In this document: piece after piece, positions 10,103-24,166 of the stretch
Layout: each line of letters starts with the position of its first letter
Position numbering within the stretch: position 1 is the first letter of the stretch
Assembly (NCBI RefSeq): GCF_048403405.1
Contig: NZ_CP183129.1
DNA from: Escherichia coli
Lineage (GTDB): Bacteria > Pseudomonadota > Gammaproteobacteria > Enterobacterales > Enterobacteriaceae
Reading direction: 5' to 3' (one strand)
DNA length: 64,000 nt
Translations under genes and position numbers: made by a program
The notes under the pieces: model-generated
What the model saw: only the letters and a program-made list of their open reading frames with translations
Told to the model about the DNA's origin: nothing
The model's database searches: none

Positions 10103-11290
10103 TCAACAAAGCGCGGGCTGCCCCCACGGTCTTGCACGAATTCCTTTTAACATCAGCACCCACGCAGCAATGATCACCAACGCTAAGATGATAAACAGCG
10201 AGAAAGGCGGCAGACTGGTAAGCACTATGCCACTCACTAATGGGTTAATCGCCGCACCAAGCCAGCCTAAAGACTGAGCGGAAAAATAGCTGGCTTTCAT
10301 TCCTGGCGGCGCAATATGGTCAATCAACATATACTCGCCCGGCGCATAAATGATTTCTCCGACAGTAAATACCGCAGCTGACATACCCCACAATAGCAGG
10401 CTGTTGCCGGAAAAAATAAAACCAACCAGACCGATGACGAAACAGAGGGTGCCTGCTGTCATCAGCGCGCGGATGTTAGCCGGGTTAAGTCGGCGTCCCA
10501 CGGAATATTGCAACGTAACTACCATGGCAGCATTAACCGGAAGAACAACCGCAACCACCTTTTCGGCAAAATCACCATCAGCAATCACCATCACATATTG
10601 TGAAATGCATGAAGCAAATGCGCCGCTAACAAAGGAAGCCAGAAAACCAGAGCAGGTAAACCACAACAGTGCTTTATCTTGTAATAAAACTTTCGGCGAC
10701 CAGACACTGCCTGTTTCCGTGGCGATGATTTTCTCGCTGCGCTTTACCCAAATTTGAATGAAAAGCATGGGAAACGCGGAACAGATAGCTGCCAGCCAGA
10801 AGGGCAGATTGATGCTCTGCATCACCAACAGCGTGCCGAGCGGCGGACCGATGGTCCAGCCAATGTTTAGCATGGTGTAGTTGATTGAGAAGATTTTCGT
10901 TTTGCTGGTGGACGAAAGATTGTCGGCAAACCAGGCTTTCAACACGGTAGCAAAAACGGAATAGGCGCAGTTAATAAGGGCAAAAAAGAGCACCACCAGC
11001 GTCACGTTATTCACTAAAGGAATGGCAATAAAACCACTGGCGAAGGCGGTAATTGCCAGTAACATATAGCGTTTCTTGTCGAACTTATCCGCCAGGATAC
11101 CAAAACCGAGGCTAAAAACGACGCCAATAGTGAGCGCAATTGTCATCGCATAACCGATTAGATCGACACTCAGGTTGTACTGGCGACTCAAGTAAATGGT
11201 CATAAACGGCAGCGTAGCGCCGCGTCCGATGGTTAATAACAACGACGAGGTAAGAAGGGCGCTGGTAGAGCGTCGTAGGGATAAGTTCAT
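10103..11290 (-). CDS. ydeE: MFS-family dipeptide/sugar exporter YdeE
   Basis: 395-aa 12-TM MFS protein; synteny between mgtS and eamA. Confidence 0.9.
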   Translation of the reverse strand: MNLSLRRSTSALLTSSLLLTIGRGATLPFMTIYLSRQYNLSVDLIGYAMTIALTIGVVFSLGFGILADKFDKKRYMLLAITAFASGFIAIPLVNNVTLVVLFFALINCAYSVFATVLKAWFADNLSSTSKTKIFSINYTMLNIGWTIGPPLGTLLVMQSINLPFWLAAICSAFPMLFIQIWVKRSEKIIATETGSVWSPKVLLQDKALLWFTCSGFLASFVSGAFASCISQYVMVIADGDFAEKVVAVVLPVNAAMVVTLQYSVGRRLNPANIRALMTAGTLCFVIGLVGFIFSGNSLLLWGMSAAVFTVGEIIYAPGEYMLIDHIAPPGMKASYFSAQSLGWLGAAINPLVSGIVLTSLPPFSLFIILALVIIAAWVLMLKGIRARPWGQPALC

Positions 11291-11484
11291 TTGTCTGTCC
11301 GGCAGTGCGTTTCGTTATGTTTTGTTTTAGAGATGTAAAGAAATAGCATGGCAAAAATCCGAAGTATAGCGACTTATTTGCGCATTAATGCCGTCGTAAT
11401 CGGCGACTAACGAATCAACTGTTAAAGAAAAGTAAATTCAGCTAAGTTGATTGCTTACAAAAGATGAAATTCAGAGGCGGTAGA

Positions 11485-12384
11485 ATGTCGCGAAAAGATG
11501 GGGTGTTGGCGCTACTGGTAGTGGTCGTATGGGGGCTAAATTTTGTGGTCATCAAAGTGGGGCTTCATAACATGCCACCGCTGATGTTGGCCGGTTTGCG
11601 CTTTATGCTGGTTGCTTTTCCGGCTATCTTTTTTGTCGCACGACCGAAAGTACCACTGAATTTGCTGCTGGGGTATGGATTAACCATCAGTTTTGCGCAG
11701 TTTGCTTTTCTTTTTTGTGCCATTAACTTCGGTATGCCTGCTGGACTGGCTTCGCTGGTGTTACAGGCACAGGCGTTTTTTACTATCGTGCTTGGCGCGT
11801 TTACTTTCGGTGAGCGACTGCATGGCAAACAATTGGCGGGGATCGCCTTAGCGATTTTTGGCGTACTGGTGTTAATCGAAGATAGTCTGAACGGTCAGCA
11901 TGTGGCGATGCTCGGCTTTATGTTGACCCTGGCGGCAGCATTTAGTTGGGCGTGTGGCAACATCTTCAATAAAAAGATCATGTCGCACTCAACGCGTCCG
12001 GCGGTGATGTCGCTGGTAATCTGGAGCGCTTTAATCCCAATCATTCCCTTCTTTGTTGCCTCGCTGATTCTCGATGGTTCCGCAACCATGATTCACAGTC
12101 TGGTTACTATCGATATGACCACCATCTTGTCTCTGATGTATCTGGCGTTTGTGGCGACAATTGTTGGTTATGGGATCTGGGGGACGTTACTGGGACGCTA
12201 TGAAACCTGGCGGGTTGCACCGTTATCGTTACTGGTGCCCGTAGTAGGACTGGCAAGTGCGGCACTATTGTTGGATGAACGCTTAACGGGTCTACAATTT
12301 TTCGGGGCGGTGCTCATTATGACCGGGCTGTATATCAATGTATTTGGCTTGCGGTGGCGTAAAGCGGTAAAGGTTAGAGGCTAA
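11485..12384 (+). CDS. eamA: O-acetylserine/cysteine exporter EamA (YdeD), DMT superfamily
   Basis: 299 aa from the internal Met (MSRKDGVLALL...); tandem EamA domains; the ORF track began 7 codons upstream. Confidence 0.9.
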   Translation: MSRKDGVLALLVVVVWGLNFVVIKVGLHNMPPLMLAGLRFMLVAFPAIFFVARPKVPLNLLLGYGLTISFAQFAFLFCAINFGMPAGLASLVLQAQAFFTIVLGAFTFGERLHGKQLAGIALAIFGVLVLIEDSLNGQHVAMLGFMLTLAAAFSWACGNIFNKKIMSHSTRPAVMSLVIWSALIPIIPFFVASLILDGSATMIHSLVTIDMTTILSLMYLAFVATIVGYGIWGTLLGRYETWRVAPLSLLVPVVGLASAALLLDERLTGLQFFGAVLIMTGLYINVFGLRWRKAVKVRG

Positions 12385-12389
12385 ACCAT

Positions 12390-12430
12390 ACGCACAGAAT
12401 GTGATGTCAGCACTCTGTGCGTCTGCTTTT
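12390..12430 (+). terminator. Intrinsic terminator after eamA
   Basis: Stem ACGCACAGA / TCTGTGCGT (12390-12422) followed by CTGCTTTT. Confidence 0.6.
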
Positions 12431-13127
12431 ATCGCGGGAAAAAGTACTTTACCTGGAACTCGAAAATATTGCTGTAAAGTAACGAATAATCCAGCGGAAT
12501 AGAGTTACTGTCCACAGCCTGGGTCTGAATTTTAAGTATGGGATCCCGTGGGCTGATCCGTAAAATACTGGCGATTTCTGGGGTAGGAAAAGTAGGGGAG
12601 AAAGTTTCAAAGGTGCCAATGATTTTGATCCCGCATTCGTTCTCAATATACGAAAATTTGGATTTTTGCATATGTGCTACGGTTAAATCAGGAAAACGTG
12701 CCACTGACATCCACGTTTCTTCTAATTGTGCTGCATTATCCTCAATGAATCGCAGTCTCTTTATGTAATAAACCTGCTCACCAGTCACTAAATTCAGCTC
12801 AGTCGCAATAGGGGGAGAAGCATCCTGCACTTCAAATTTCATAATCTGACTTCCTGCCTCCTTGCCGCTTTTATGCGCAATTTCACTGAAGCTGTTCATG
12901 TGATCAATGTGTGCAACAAAATTCTTTTTTTGAATATATGTTCCTGAACCATGCTTTCTATGAATAATTCCTTCGCCTTCCAGCAAGGATAATGCCTTAC
13001 GCAGGGTATTACGCGAAACATTATAACGAACAGCGAGTTCAGCTTCTGACGGCAACAAATCACCAACATGCCATGAATAGCCATTGATCTCGGATTTAAG
13101 TAAGCGGGCAATCTTTTGAAAAATCAC
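12429..13127 (-). CDS. GntR-family (HutC/UTRA subfamily) transcriptional regulator, divergent from the PTS operon
   Basis: 232-aa ORF with an N-terminal GntR HTH (SEAELAVRYNVSRNTLRKAL) and a UTRA-like C-terminal effector domain. Confidence 0.8.
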   Translation of the reverse strand: MIFQKIARLLKSEINGYSWHVGDLLPSEAELAVRYNVSRNTLRKALSLLEGEGIIHRKHGSGTYIQKKNFVAHIDHMNSFSEIAHKSGKEAGSQIMKFEVQDASPPIATELNLVTGEQVYYIKRLRFIEDNAAQLEETWMSVARFPDLTVAHMQKSKFSYIENECGIKIIGTFETFSPTFPTPEIASILRISPRDPILKIQTQAVDSNSIPLDYSLLYSNIFEFQVKYFFPR

Positions 13128-13325
13128 TTTTGCACCTTTTAAGAGCCATTGAAAACAAGGAGTTGAGTCCTGATTGGTTTATCGTATGGTCGAGTCGTTT
13201 AATTATCACCCTGATGTTGAACAACTTTAGTGCTGTATTACTGTGATCAATGTACCAGGACGTATAGCTACTGCGGGATATGATATTTACACAATGTAAT
13301 CTGTTATATACCAGTAAGGAAAAAT

Positions 13326-13637
13326 ATGAAAAAGATATTGTTAGTTTGCGCTGCGGGCATGTCAACCAGTATGCTGGTTAAACGTATGATTGATCATGCT
13401 AACGCTATTTCACTTGAAGTTAATATTTCCGCATTGGCGATTGCAGAGGCTAAAGGGAAAATTAAAAATAACGAAGTTGACGTTGTTTTACTTGGCCCGC
13501 AAGTTCGCTTTCAGAAACCAGAGATTGAAGCTGTTGCACAGGGGAAAATGCCTGTAGCTGTTATCGAGATGAAAGACTATGGCACCATGAACGGACAGGC
13601 AGTTCTTGAATTTGCGATGAAACTACTGCAAGAGTAA
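13326..13637 (+). CDS. PTS EIIB component, lactose/cellobiose family
   Basis: 103-aa ORF MKKILLVCAAGMSTSMLV... with the conserved catalytic Cys context of ChbB-type EIIB. Confidence 0.85.
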   Translation: MKKILLVCAAGMSTSMLVKRMIDHANAISLEVNISALAIAEAKGKIKNNEVDVVLLGPQVRFQKPEIEAVAQGKMPVAVIEMKDYGTMNGQAVLEFAMKLLQE

Positions 13638-13750
13638 GAATCTAATATTATTAAACTATTACCTGAACTAACTTTTCACACATCATAAAATGGATATGGC
13701 ATACATGCTTTATTGGGATGTATAAATATCCAGAACAACAGGTATAAAAA

Positions 13751-15073
13751 ATGGGATTAATGACCTCATTCGAACGTGGAATTGAACGTTTTCTTGTTCC
13801 AGTTGCTATCAAGTTAAACTCACAAAAACATGTTGCAGCGGTGAGAGATGGATTCGTTTTTACGTTTCCAATTATCATGGCAAGCTCATTAATTATATTA
13901 ATTAACTTTGCCATATTATCGCCCGACGGCTTTATTGCCGGGCTGCTGCATCTGAACCGCGTTTTCCCCAACCTTGAAAAAGCACAAGCTATTTTTACTC
14001 CGGTAATGAATGGCTCTGTAAATATCATGTCAATTATGATTGCTTTCCTGGTCGCCAGAAATATGGCGATTAGCTATGAGCAAGATGATCTTTTATGCGG
14101 ATTAACGGCAATAGGAGCATTTTTTATTGTTTATACGCCATATCAGATGATAGATGGGCAAGCATTCCTGACGACCAAATATCTCGGCGCACAGGGGTTG
14201 TTTGTTGCTGTTATCGTTGCATTAATCACCAGTGAAATATTTTGTCGCTTAGCTCGAAACCCAAAAATCACCATAACGATGCCGGCAGCTGTACCTCCTG
14301 CGGTATCGCGTTCATTTAAAGTTTTATTGCCAATATTTTTTGTCATGGTGTTCTTTTCCGCACTTAATTATTGCCTGACACTGATATCCCCGGCAGGATT
14401 AAACGATCTCATTTACACATTAATCCAGACGCCGCTCAAACACATGGGAACGAATATCTTTGCGGTAATTATCCTGGGGGCTGTGGGTAATTTCCTGTGG
14501 GTGCTGGGGATCCACGGACCTAATACCACCTCGGCAATTCGAGAAACTGTTTTTTCTGAGGCTAATCTGGAGAATCTCTCCTGGGCCGCTCAACACGGCA
14601 CTACCTGGGGCGCGCCATATCCGATTACCTGGACTTCTATTAATGATGCATTCGCCAACTGCGGCGGTTCAGGTATGACGTTGGGGTTATTGTTGGCTAT
14701 TTTTATCGCGTCTAAGCGTGCGGAATACCGTGATCTGGCAAAAATGTCGTTTATCCCCGGTATTTTCAATATCAATGAACCGATAATGTTCGGCCTTCCT
14801 ATTGTACTTAACCCCATCATGATGGTGCCGTTTATTCTGGTTCCCATTGTTAACTGTGCCATTGGTTACTTCTTTGTTTCGATGGAAATTATTCCACCGG
14901 TTGCTTATGCCGTGCCCTGGACTACGCCCGGACCTTTAATTGCTTTCCTCGGAACCGGGGGAAACTGGTTGGCGTTACTGGTGGGTTTTTTATGTTTAGG
15001 TGTGGCGACAATGATCTATTTACCTTTTGTTATTGCCGCCAACAAGGTCAATAACATGACAACTAACGGATAA
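13751..15073 (+). CDS. PTS EIIC permease, lactose/cellobiose family
   Basis: 440-aa polytopic membrane protein resembling ChbC/CelB-type EIIC. Confidence 0.85.
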   Translation: MGLMTSFERGIERFLVPVAIKLNSQKHVAAVRDGFVFTFPIIMASSLIILINFAILSPDGFIAGLLHLNRVFPNLEKAQAIFTPVMNGSVNIMSIMIAFLVARNMAISYEQDDLLCGLTAIGAFFIVYTPYQMIDGQAFLTTKYLGAQGLFVAVIVALITSEIFCRLARNPKITITMPAAVPPAVSRSFKVLLPIFFVMVFFSALNYCLTLISPAGLNDLIYTLIQTPLKHMGTNIFAVIILGAVGNFLWVLGIHGPNTTSAIRETVFSEANLENLSWAAQHGTTWGAPYPITWTSINDAFANCGGSGMTLGLLLAIFIASKRAEYRDLAKMSFIPGIFNINEPIMFGLPIVLNPIMMVPFILVPIVNCAIGYFFVSMEIIPPVAYAVPWTTPGPLIAFLGTGGNWLALLVGFLCLGVATMIYLPFVIAANKVNNMTTNG

Positions 15074-15094
15074 TCCCATTTACACAGGAAGGAG

Positions 15095-15412
15095 ATGTTG
15101 ATGTTTGCAGATGAAGAACTTGTTATGGAGTTACTGATCAACGCGGGACAGGCACGTTCTGATGCGATGGAAGCCATACGTTGTGCCGGGCAAAAAGACT
15201 GGCAGGGCGCAACTCAGCTAATGGCCAGTTCGGAATTAGCCTGTCTTCAGGCACATAAGATTCAGACCGCGTTAATTAGTCAGGATGAAGGTTGTGGCAA
15301 AATAGAAGTTAATTTAATTCTGGTTCATGCACAGGATCATTTGATGAATGCAATATTATGCCAGGATTTAGCCAGGGAAATTATTTCATTAAGAAAAGAG
15401 CTCCATGCCTGA
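15095..15412 (+). CDS. PTS EIIA component, lactose/cellobiose family
   Basis: 105-aa helical protein with the conserved His region (LVHAQDHLM), ChbA-like. Confidence 0.8.
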   Translation: MLMFADEELVMELLINAGQARSDAMEAIRCAGQKDWQGATQLMASSELACLQAHKIQTALISQDEGCGKIEVNLILVHAQDHLMNAILCQDLAREIISLRKELHA

Positions 15413-15464
15413 TTTTTTCCTCCAGTGCGATAGCTGGAGGAAATTATTACACTCTTAAGGATAA

Positions 15465-18605
<3,141 letters not shown>

Positions 18606-18631
18606 GACTTCAGGAAGATATTACGGAGATA

Positions 18632-18655
18632 TCAGGCTCTGTGATCAGAGCCTGA
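18632..18655. terminator. Hairpin between the GH1 gene and marB (no clear U-tract)
   Basis: Perfect 10-bp inverted repeat TCAGGCTCTG / CAGAGCCTGA with a 4-nt loop. Confidence 0.4.
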
Positions 18656-18661
18656 CAATAA

Positions 18662-18880
18662 CTACATAGCGTGTTGATTATAATAGGGCACGCCGAGCGC
18701 ATCCGACTTATCACTGCCAGTACCCATGTGATTTAAATCAAACGGTGGTTGTTCCTGCGATGGGGGAACAACCACGACATTGGCACAGGAAGTAACAACC
18801 GGCTGCGTGGTTTGTTCCGCAATGCCCTGCGTGGAAAAGAGAATAAACGCAGCTGCTATTGCGGATAAAAGTGGTTTCAT
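18662..18880 (-). CDS. marB: Periplasmic protein MarB
   Basis: 72-aa ORF with signal peptide; sequence matches MarB as recalled (…EQTTQPVVTSCANVVVVPPSQE…). Confidence 0.9.
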   Translation of the reverse strand: MKPLLSAIAAAFILFSTQGIAEQTTQPVVTSCANVVVVPPSQEQPPFDLNHMGTGSDKSDALGVPYYNQHAM

Positions 18881-18911
18881 GATTGCCTCAGTGACGTTGT
18901 CACGTTATCAA

Positions 18912-19295
18912 CTAGCTGTTGTAATGATTTAATGGATGTAAAAAGCGCGATTCGCCCTGCATATTGGTCATCCGGTATTTATGTGGCGGAACATCAAAGT
19001 AATTTTTGAAGGTTCGGGTCAGAGTTTGTTGCGACTCGAAGCCATATCGTTCTGCCAGATAGAGTATCGGCTCGTTACTTTCCTTCAGCTTTTGCGCGAT
19101 TTCCGTCATCTTACGGCTGCGGATGTATTGGCCTAATGAATGACCGGTTTCTTTTTTAAACATCCGTTGCAGGTGCCATTTAGAGTAACCCGAACGCTCT
19201 GACACTTTCTCCAGTGACAGTGGCGATTCCAGGTTGTCCTCGATCCAGTCCAAAATGCTATGAATGGTAATAGCGTCAGTATTGCGTCTGGACAT
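18912..19295 (-). CDS. marA: AraC/XylS-family transcriptional activator MarA
   Basis: 127 aa from [22 protein letters not shown]...; two HTH motifs; the track began two codons upstream. Confidence 0.95.
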
Positions 19296-19315
19296 CGTCA
19301 TACCTCTTTTTTTGT

Positions 19316-19750
19316 TTACGGCAGGACTTTCTTAAGCAAATGCTCAAGTGTTGCCACTTCGTCCGCCGTCAGGTTTTTTGTTAATTCTTGATGCAGGTCC
19401 TGGCCAACTAATTGATGGCATTGTTCACATATTGCCGCGCCGCTGGTGGTAAGTTTTACCAGTACGCCGCGCTTGTCATTCGGGTTCGGCAACCTTTCCA
19501 CCCAGCCTTTACAGACCAGGCGATCCAGCATACGGGTCAGCGCCCCCAGGTCGACCGATAACACTCTTTTCAGTTCAACCGGAGTAATACACGCCGCGCA
19601 GCGGATAGAGCAGAGCACCTTAAACTGTGCCGCGGTAATATCCAGCGGAGACAGATACTCGTTAAGCAGGCGATCTTTCTTCTGATTAACCATATGGATT
19701 AAGCGACCCAATGGAATAATTTCATTGAACAGATCGCTGGTACTTTTCAC
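19316..19750 (-). CDS. marR: MarR repressor of the multiple antibiotic resistance operon
   Basis: 144-aa winged-helix protein [49 protein letters not shown]... Confidence 0.95.
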
Positions 19751-19961
19751 ATTAGTTGCCCTGGCAAGTAATTAGTTGCAGGGGATAATATTGCCCAGGC
19801 AAGTATAAGTCAAATGAATGAATTGACCGATGCCACGTTTTGCTAAATCGGTTCAAGTTTTGGTCAGTGCGATGCAAGGCTAGCTAAAGAGTGACACTTT
19901 ATCGTTGTTTACCCCTTATACTTTTCGCTGATAACCCAGATACACAGGATAACAACCACCA
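19751..19961. promoter_or_regulatory. marO divergent control region (marRAB promoter, two MarR operator sites, marbox)
   Basis: Minus-strand TTGACT -35 at 19809-19814; MarR-site palindromes TACTTGCC(A/T)GGGCAA at about 19753-19770 and 19787-19806; marbox-like element at about 19825-19849. Confidence 0.8.
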
Positions 19962-20627
19962 ATGTTAGATTTATTTAAAGCAATTGGCCTGGGGCTGGTG
20001 GTGTTACTACCGTTAGCTAACCCATTAACAACTGTCGCGTTATTTCTTGGCCTGGCAGGCAACATGAACAGTGCCGAACGTAATCGTCAGTCGTTGATGG
20101 CCTCGGTGTACGTCTTTGCCATCATGATGGTGGCGTATTACGCCGGGCAACTGGTGATGGATACATTTGGCATTTCGATTCCCGGTCTGCGAATTGCAGG
20201 CGGCTTAATCGTCGCGTTTATCGGTTTTCGGATGCTCTTTCCGCAACAGAAAGCAATTGATTCACCGGAAGCGAAAAGCAAGTCGGAAGAGCTGGAAGAT
20301 GAACCCAGCGCCAATATTGCTTTTGTACCACTGGCAATGCCAAGTACCGCCGGTCCGGGAACCATAGCGATGATTATTAGCTCGGCGTCCACAGTGCGTC
20401 AGAGTTCAACCTTTGCTGATTGGGTACTGATGGTTGCGCCGCCGCTGATCTTTTTCCTGGTGGCGGTTATTTTGTGGGGAAGTCTACGCAGCTCTGGCGC
20501 AATTATGCGGCTGGTGGGTAAGGGGGGCATTGAAGCGATCTCCCGTCTGATGGGATTCCTGCTGGTATGTATGGGGGTGCAGTTTATTATTAACGGCATC
20601 CTGGAAATCATTAAAACGTACCACTAA
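19962..20627 (+). CDS. marC: Inner-membrane MarC-family protein
   Basis: 221-aa multi-TM ORF divergent from marR. Confidence 0.9.
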   Translation: MLDLFKAIGLGLVVLLPLANPLTTVALFLGLAGNMNSAERNRQSLMASVYVFAIMMVAYYAGQLVMDTFGISIPGLRIAGGLIVAFIGFRMLFPQQKAIDSPEAKSKSEELEDEPSANIAFVPLAMPSTAGPGTIAMIISSASTVRQSSTFADWVLMVAPPLIFFLVAVILWGSLRSSGAIMRLVGKGGIEAISRLMGFLLVCMGVQFIINGILEIIKTYH

Positions 20628-20651
20628 AAAAGGCCCGAATGGGCCTTTCAA

Positions 20652-21842
20652 CTATTGCGTCTGTTCTTCGAGTGTCACTGGCCAGCGGCGGAAAATGATG
20701 ATTGACCATATTAACGCGGCAAAAGCAGGCACCGCGCCCACATAACCAATCATCGACATTGACCAGTGCAGACTGACCTGATTACCTACCAACGCACCCG
20801 CGCCGATTCCAATATTAAATATCCCGGAGAATAGCGCCATCGCGACGTCGGTAGCATCTGGTGCCAGCGCCAGCACTTTAACCTGCATACCAAGCCCGAT
20901 GATCATCATCGCTATCCCCCAGAAAATACTCAGCACCCCGAGGTGTATTTCACTGTTCGCCGCAGGTAGCAGCAGTGCCAGGCACACCAGCAACAGCGCA
21001 ATCGCCGTACTTACCAACGCAGACGCATACTGATTACCCAGTTTACCGAAAATCACGCTGCCAATAATGCCCGCACCACCGAGTAATAACAGTAATGCCG
21101 TGGCAAAGTTGGCGCTGAATCCCGCAATGTTTTGCACAAAAGGCTCGATATAGCTGTATGCCGTGTAATGGGCGGTGACAACCACCACAGTTAACAAATA
21201 AATGCTCATCAATGCCGGGCGGCGGAATAATAGCGGGAGGCTTTTCAGCGAACCGGAATGCTCACTGGGCAGTAAGGGAAGTAACTTAATCAGGCACAAA
21301 AGGGTGATAAGCGCCCCGATACCAATCGCGAAGAAGGTCATTCGCCAACCGAAATACTGCCCCACAATGCGCCCGAGAGGTAAACCTAAGACCATCGCCA
21401 GTGCAGTACCGGTGGCAATTAAACTCAATGCCTGTGCTCGCTTCCCGGCCGGAGCCATACGGATCGCCAAAGACGCCGTAATCGACCAGAAAATCGCATG
21501 TGCAAAAGCCACACCAATGCGACTGATCACCAGAACGGTAAAACTCCACGATAAAAACGACAGTACGTGGCTGGCAATAAACACCACAAACAGGCAGATC
21601 AGTAATTTGCGCCGTTCAACCTGGCTGGTCATTAACATAAAAGGCAATGACATTAGCGCTACTACCCATGCGTAAATGGTCAACATAATGCCGACCTGAG
21701 CGGTTTGCATGTGAAAACTTTGCGCAATGTCAGAGAGCAGGCCAACTGGGACAAATTCGGTGGTGTTGAAGATGAAGGCGGCGACTGCCAGCGTAACGAC
21801 CCGTAGCCACGCCACTTTGCGGGAAACAGTGTTTGTTGTCAT
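20652..21842 (-). CDS. ydeA: MFS sugar efflux transporter (YdeA/SotB)
   Basis: 396-aa 12-TM MFS protein; synteny next to marC. Confidence 0.85.
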
Positions 21843-21991
21843 AACAGATTATCGGGTGAGTTGCGAAAAAGTGATGAAATGATCTTAAAACGGTTAATGA
21901 TGTGAATACAATGCATTTGTGATCTGGATCGCGTTTTCCGTTTCTCTGACGCTGATTCTTTCACGCGTCAGAGAGTCGGTCACATCACGGT

Positions 21992-23107
21992 TTAATAACG
22001 TTCAGGGAGGTCTGGCGTTTTGGAGGTTGCGGGTATAGGTGGTCTGACAGGGGAGCGAGGCCTGTTTTTCACCAGGTCTTCATGAGTAACTTTTGGCGGC
22101 GTTTCATTTTTTACAAAAAGTTTGAGGGTCTTGCACGCCATATGTTTGATAATTTTATCATCACTTAATGATGCTGGCATCAACACGTCAATCAAATCAC
22201 TTTCATTGGGATTCATAAATTGGTGATAGTGCAATAACATATTGGCGAAAAATAAAAATAAGTCCTGAAAATGTGGAAAATCTTGTTCTGCTAAAATGGA
22301 TAAAAAGCAGATGCAGACTTCGGGTAGTACATGTTTGTTAGAACCTAGTGAATCCATCAGGCTTTGCAATAAATCCTCTTTTAATTCGCTGTCCGTTATG
22401 TCGAGAATAGCGGTGAGCAAGTTAGGTTCTTTATTCCCGAACCATCTGTGAACCTCAGAGTTATTCCATAATCGGGGGAGTATGACAAAATTACCGCGAG
22501 AGATAAAATTCAGGACAAGCAAATCAAACTGGCGTAAGTAATCTGCAGCGGTATGGTGATCCGGATGCAGGGGTTCAATATGTGGCGTATGCGCTCTTTT
22601 GATAGGAACGCCAGGGTTGATCATTGGAAATTGTTCAATAAAATCATTCAGAAACAGAAAGAGTACACGCTCGACGCCGGTCTGAAATACGCGCCCCATA
22701 GTGACAGGCTTTGGGTTGGGAGCGCAAAAAATATTAATTTCCCCATCATGGCGGAAATTATCTAAATAAATAGGGCTTAAATTTATTACTACCTGAAATT
22801 CAATATTTTCTTTGTGTCTTCCATTCCTGGCAGGATAAGTGAGTTTAAATTGAACTTTTTCATTGTATAGCGTGTCGTTACCCCGGAAAGAGGTTCTCTG
22901 AATATATGATAAGTTATCAAGGTTATTAAATATCTTTTTTGTGGCTGAGCTGATGTTTAAAGACGTACGCCACTCTTCATCACATATTATTGTACTTAGC
23001 GCATCAATAAAATCCTTTAAAACTTCTTTTACCTGAGGTGCAATATTACGAACGGGAAAATCATCAGGAAGAGATATGTAATTGCTGATGCTTACTGGCG
23101 TAACCAT
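21992..23107 (-). CDS. yneK: Uncharacterized protein YneK
   Basis: 371-aa ORF; name assigned by length and synteny only. Confidence 0.7.
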   Translation of the reverse strand: MVTPVSISNYISLPDDFPVRNIAPQVKEVLKDFIDALSTIICDEEWRTSLNISSATKKIFNNLDNLSYIQRTSFRGNDTLYNEKVQFKLTYPARNGRHKENIEFQVVINLSPIYLDNFRHDGEINIFCAPNPKPVTMGRVFQTGVERVLFLFLNDFIEQFPMINPGVPIKRAHTPHIEPLHPDHHTAADYLRQFDLLVLNFISRGNFVILPRLWNNSEVHRWFGNKEPNLLTAILDITDSELKEDLLQSLMDSLGSNKHVLPEVCICFLSILAEQDFPHFQDLFLFFANMLLHYHQFMNPNESDLIDVLMPASLSDDKIIKHMACKTLKLFVKNETPPKVTHEDLVKNRPRSPVRPPIPATSKTPDLPERY

Positions 23108-23190
23108 ATTTGCCCCATATAGTCATAAGTCATCGGAGCATCACTATATAGAGCATATTAGCCGCAAGAACTATCAAAAATAGCTCATTG

Positions 23191-24066
23191 CTAACTCTGT
23201 TTTGCCGAGTCAGACACATCCAGTAGTTGAATAAATGCCTCAAGCGGACGCGTTTTTGCACCGCGACGCCAGACCAGCCATGTTGTTAACCAACGCCATT
23301 GCTCAGCTAACGGCCACGCCTCAACCTGGTGATGCCCCGGCATACTTTCCAGCATAGAGCGCGGAATAAGCGCAATACCTGCTCCTGCGACCACACAGGC
23401 CAACATTCCGTGATAAGACTCCATCTCATGGATAGTTCCCGGAGCGGCACCGTCAGCATGAAACCAGCTCTCGAAGTGGCGACGATACGAACAATTGGCG
23501 CGGAAGGCATAAATGTTACTGCCATTAACCTGACTGGCGCGGGTTACTGGCGCATGTCCTTGTGGCGTGACGATCATCAGCTCCTCGCGGTACACCGGTA
23601 TCCCGTCAATGGCAGTATGGTTAATGGGCCCATCAATAAACGCTGCATTCAGTTTTCCCTCCAGCACACCTTCCAGCATAGTGCCGGAAGGGCCGGTGGA
23701 AAGTGAAAACTGAATTTTGGGATAACGACGGTTAAATTCCGCCAGCGTGGCCGGAATGCGCACTGCAGCGGTGCTTTCCAGCGAACCAAGAGAAAATAAA
23801 CCTTGCGGCTCATCGCCAGCGACAACGCTCCGCGCTTCATCCACTAACGCGAGAATTTGTTGGCTATAGCGTAAAAAGTTATGCCCGGCAGGCGAGAGAC
23901 GTAAACGCTGATTCTCGCGAATAAACAGATCAACCCCCAGTTCTGTTTCCAGCTGGCGTAGACGGGTAGTGAGATTCGACGGCACGCGATGCACTTTTGC
24001 TGCAGCCTGGGTAATGCTGCCAGCTTCGGCAACCGCGTTGAACATCTCCAGTTGGGTCAGATCCAT
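23191..24066 (-). CDS. yneJ: LysR-family transcriptional regulator YneJ, divergent from sad
   Basis: N-terminal LysR HTH ([30 protein letters not shown]) plus substrate-binding domain. Confidence 0.85.
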   Translation of the reverse strand: MDLTQLEMFNAVAEAGSITQAAAKVHRVPSNLTTRLRQLETELGVDLFIRENQRLRLSPAGHNFLRYSQQILALVDEARSVVAGDEPQGLFSLGSLESTAAVRIPATLAEFNRRYPKIQFSLSTGPSGTMLEGVLEGKLNAAFIDGPINHTAIDGIPVYREELMIVTPQGHAPVTRASQVNGSNIYAFRANCSYRRHFESWFHADGAAPGTIHEMESYHGMLACVVAGAGIALIPRSMLESMPGHHQVEAWPLAEQWRWLTTWLVWRRGAKTRPLEAFIQLLDVSDSAKQS

Positions 24067-24166
24067 GGCATTCTCAATTCGTGAATAAGTGGCTTAATAT
24101 TATTCATTTTCAAGCAAGAGTAAATCTGCGTATCTTTTTACCATAACCCATAAAGGAGATACCCCG

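Noticed and set aside
13651-14028. 125-aa minus-strand ORF overlapping the PTS EIIC start
   Set aside because: Overlaps a strongly supported EIIC gene in antisense; no independent evidence.
21202-21675. 157-aa plus-strand ORF inside ydeA
   Set aside because: Antisense to the MFS transporter gene; no Shine-Dalgarno and no recognisable domain.
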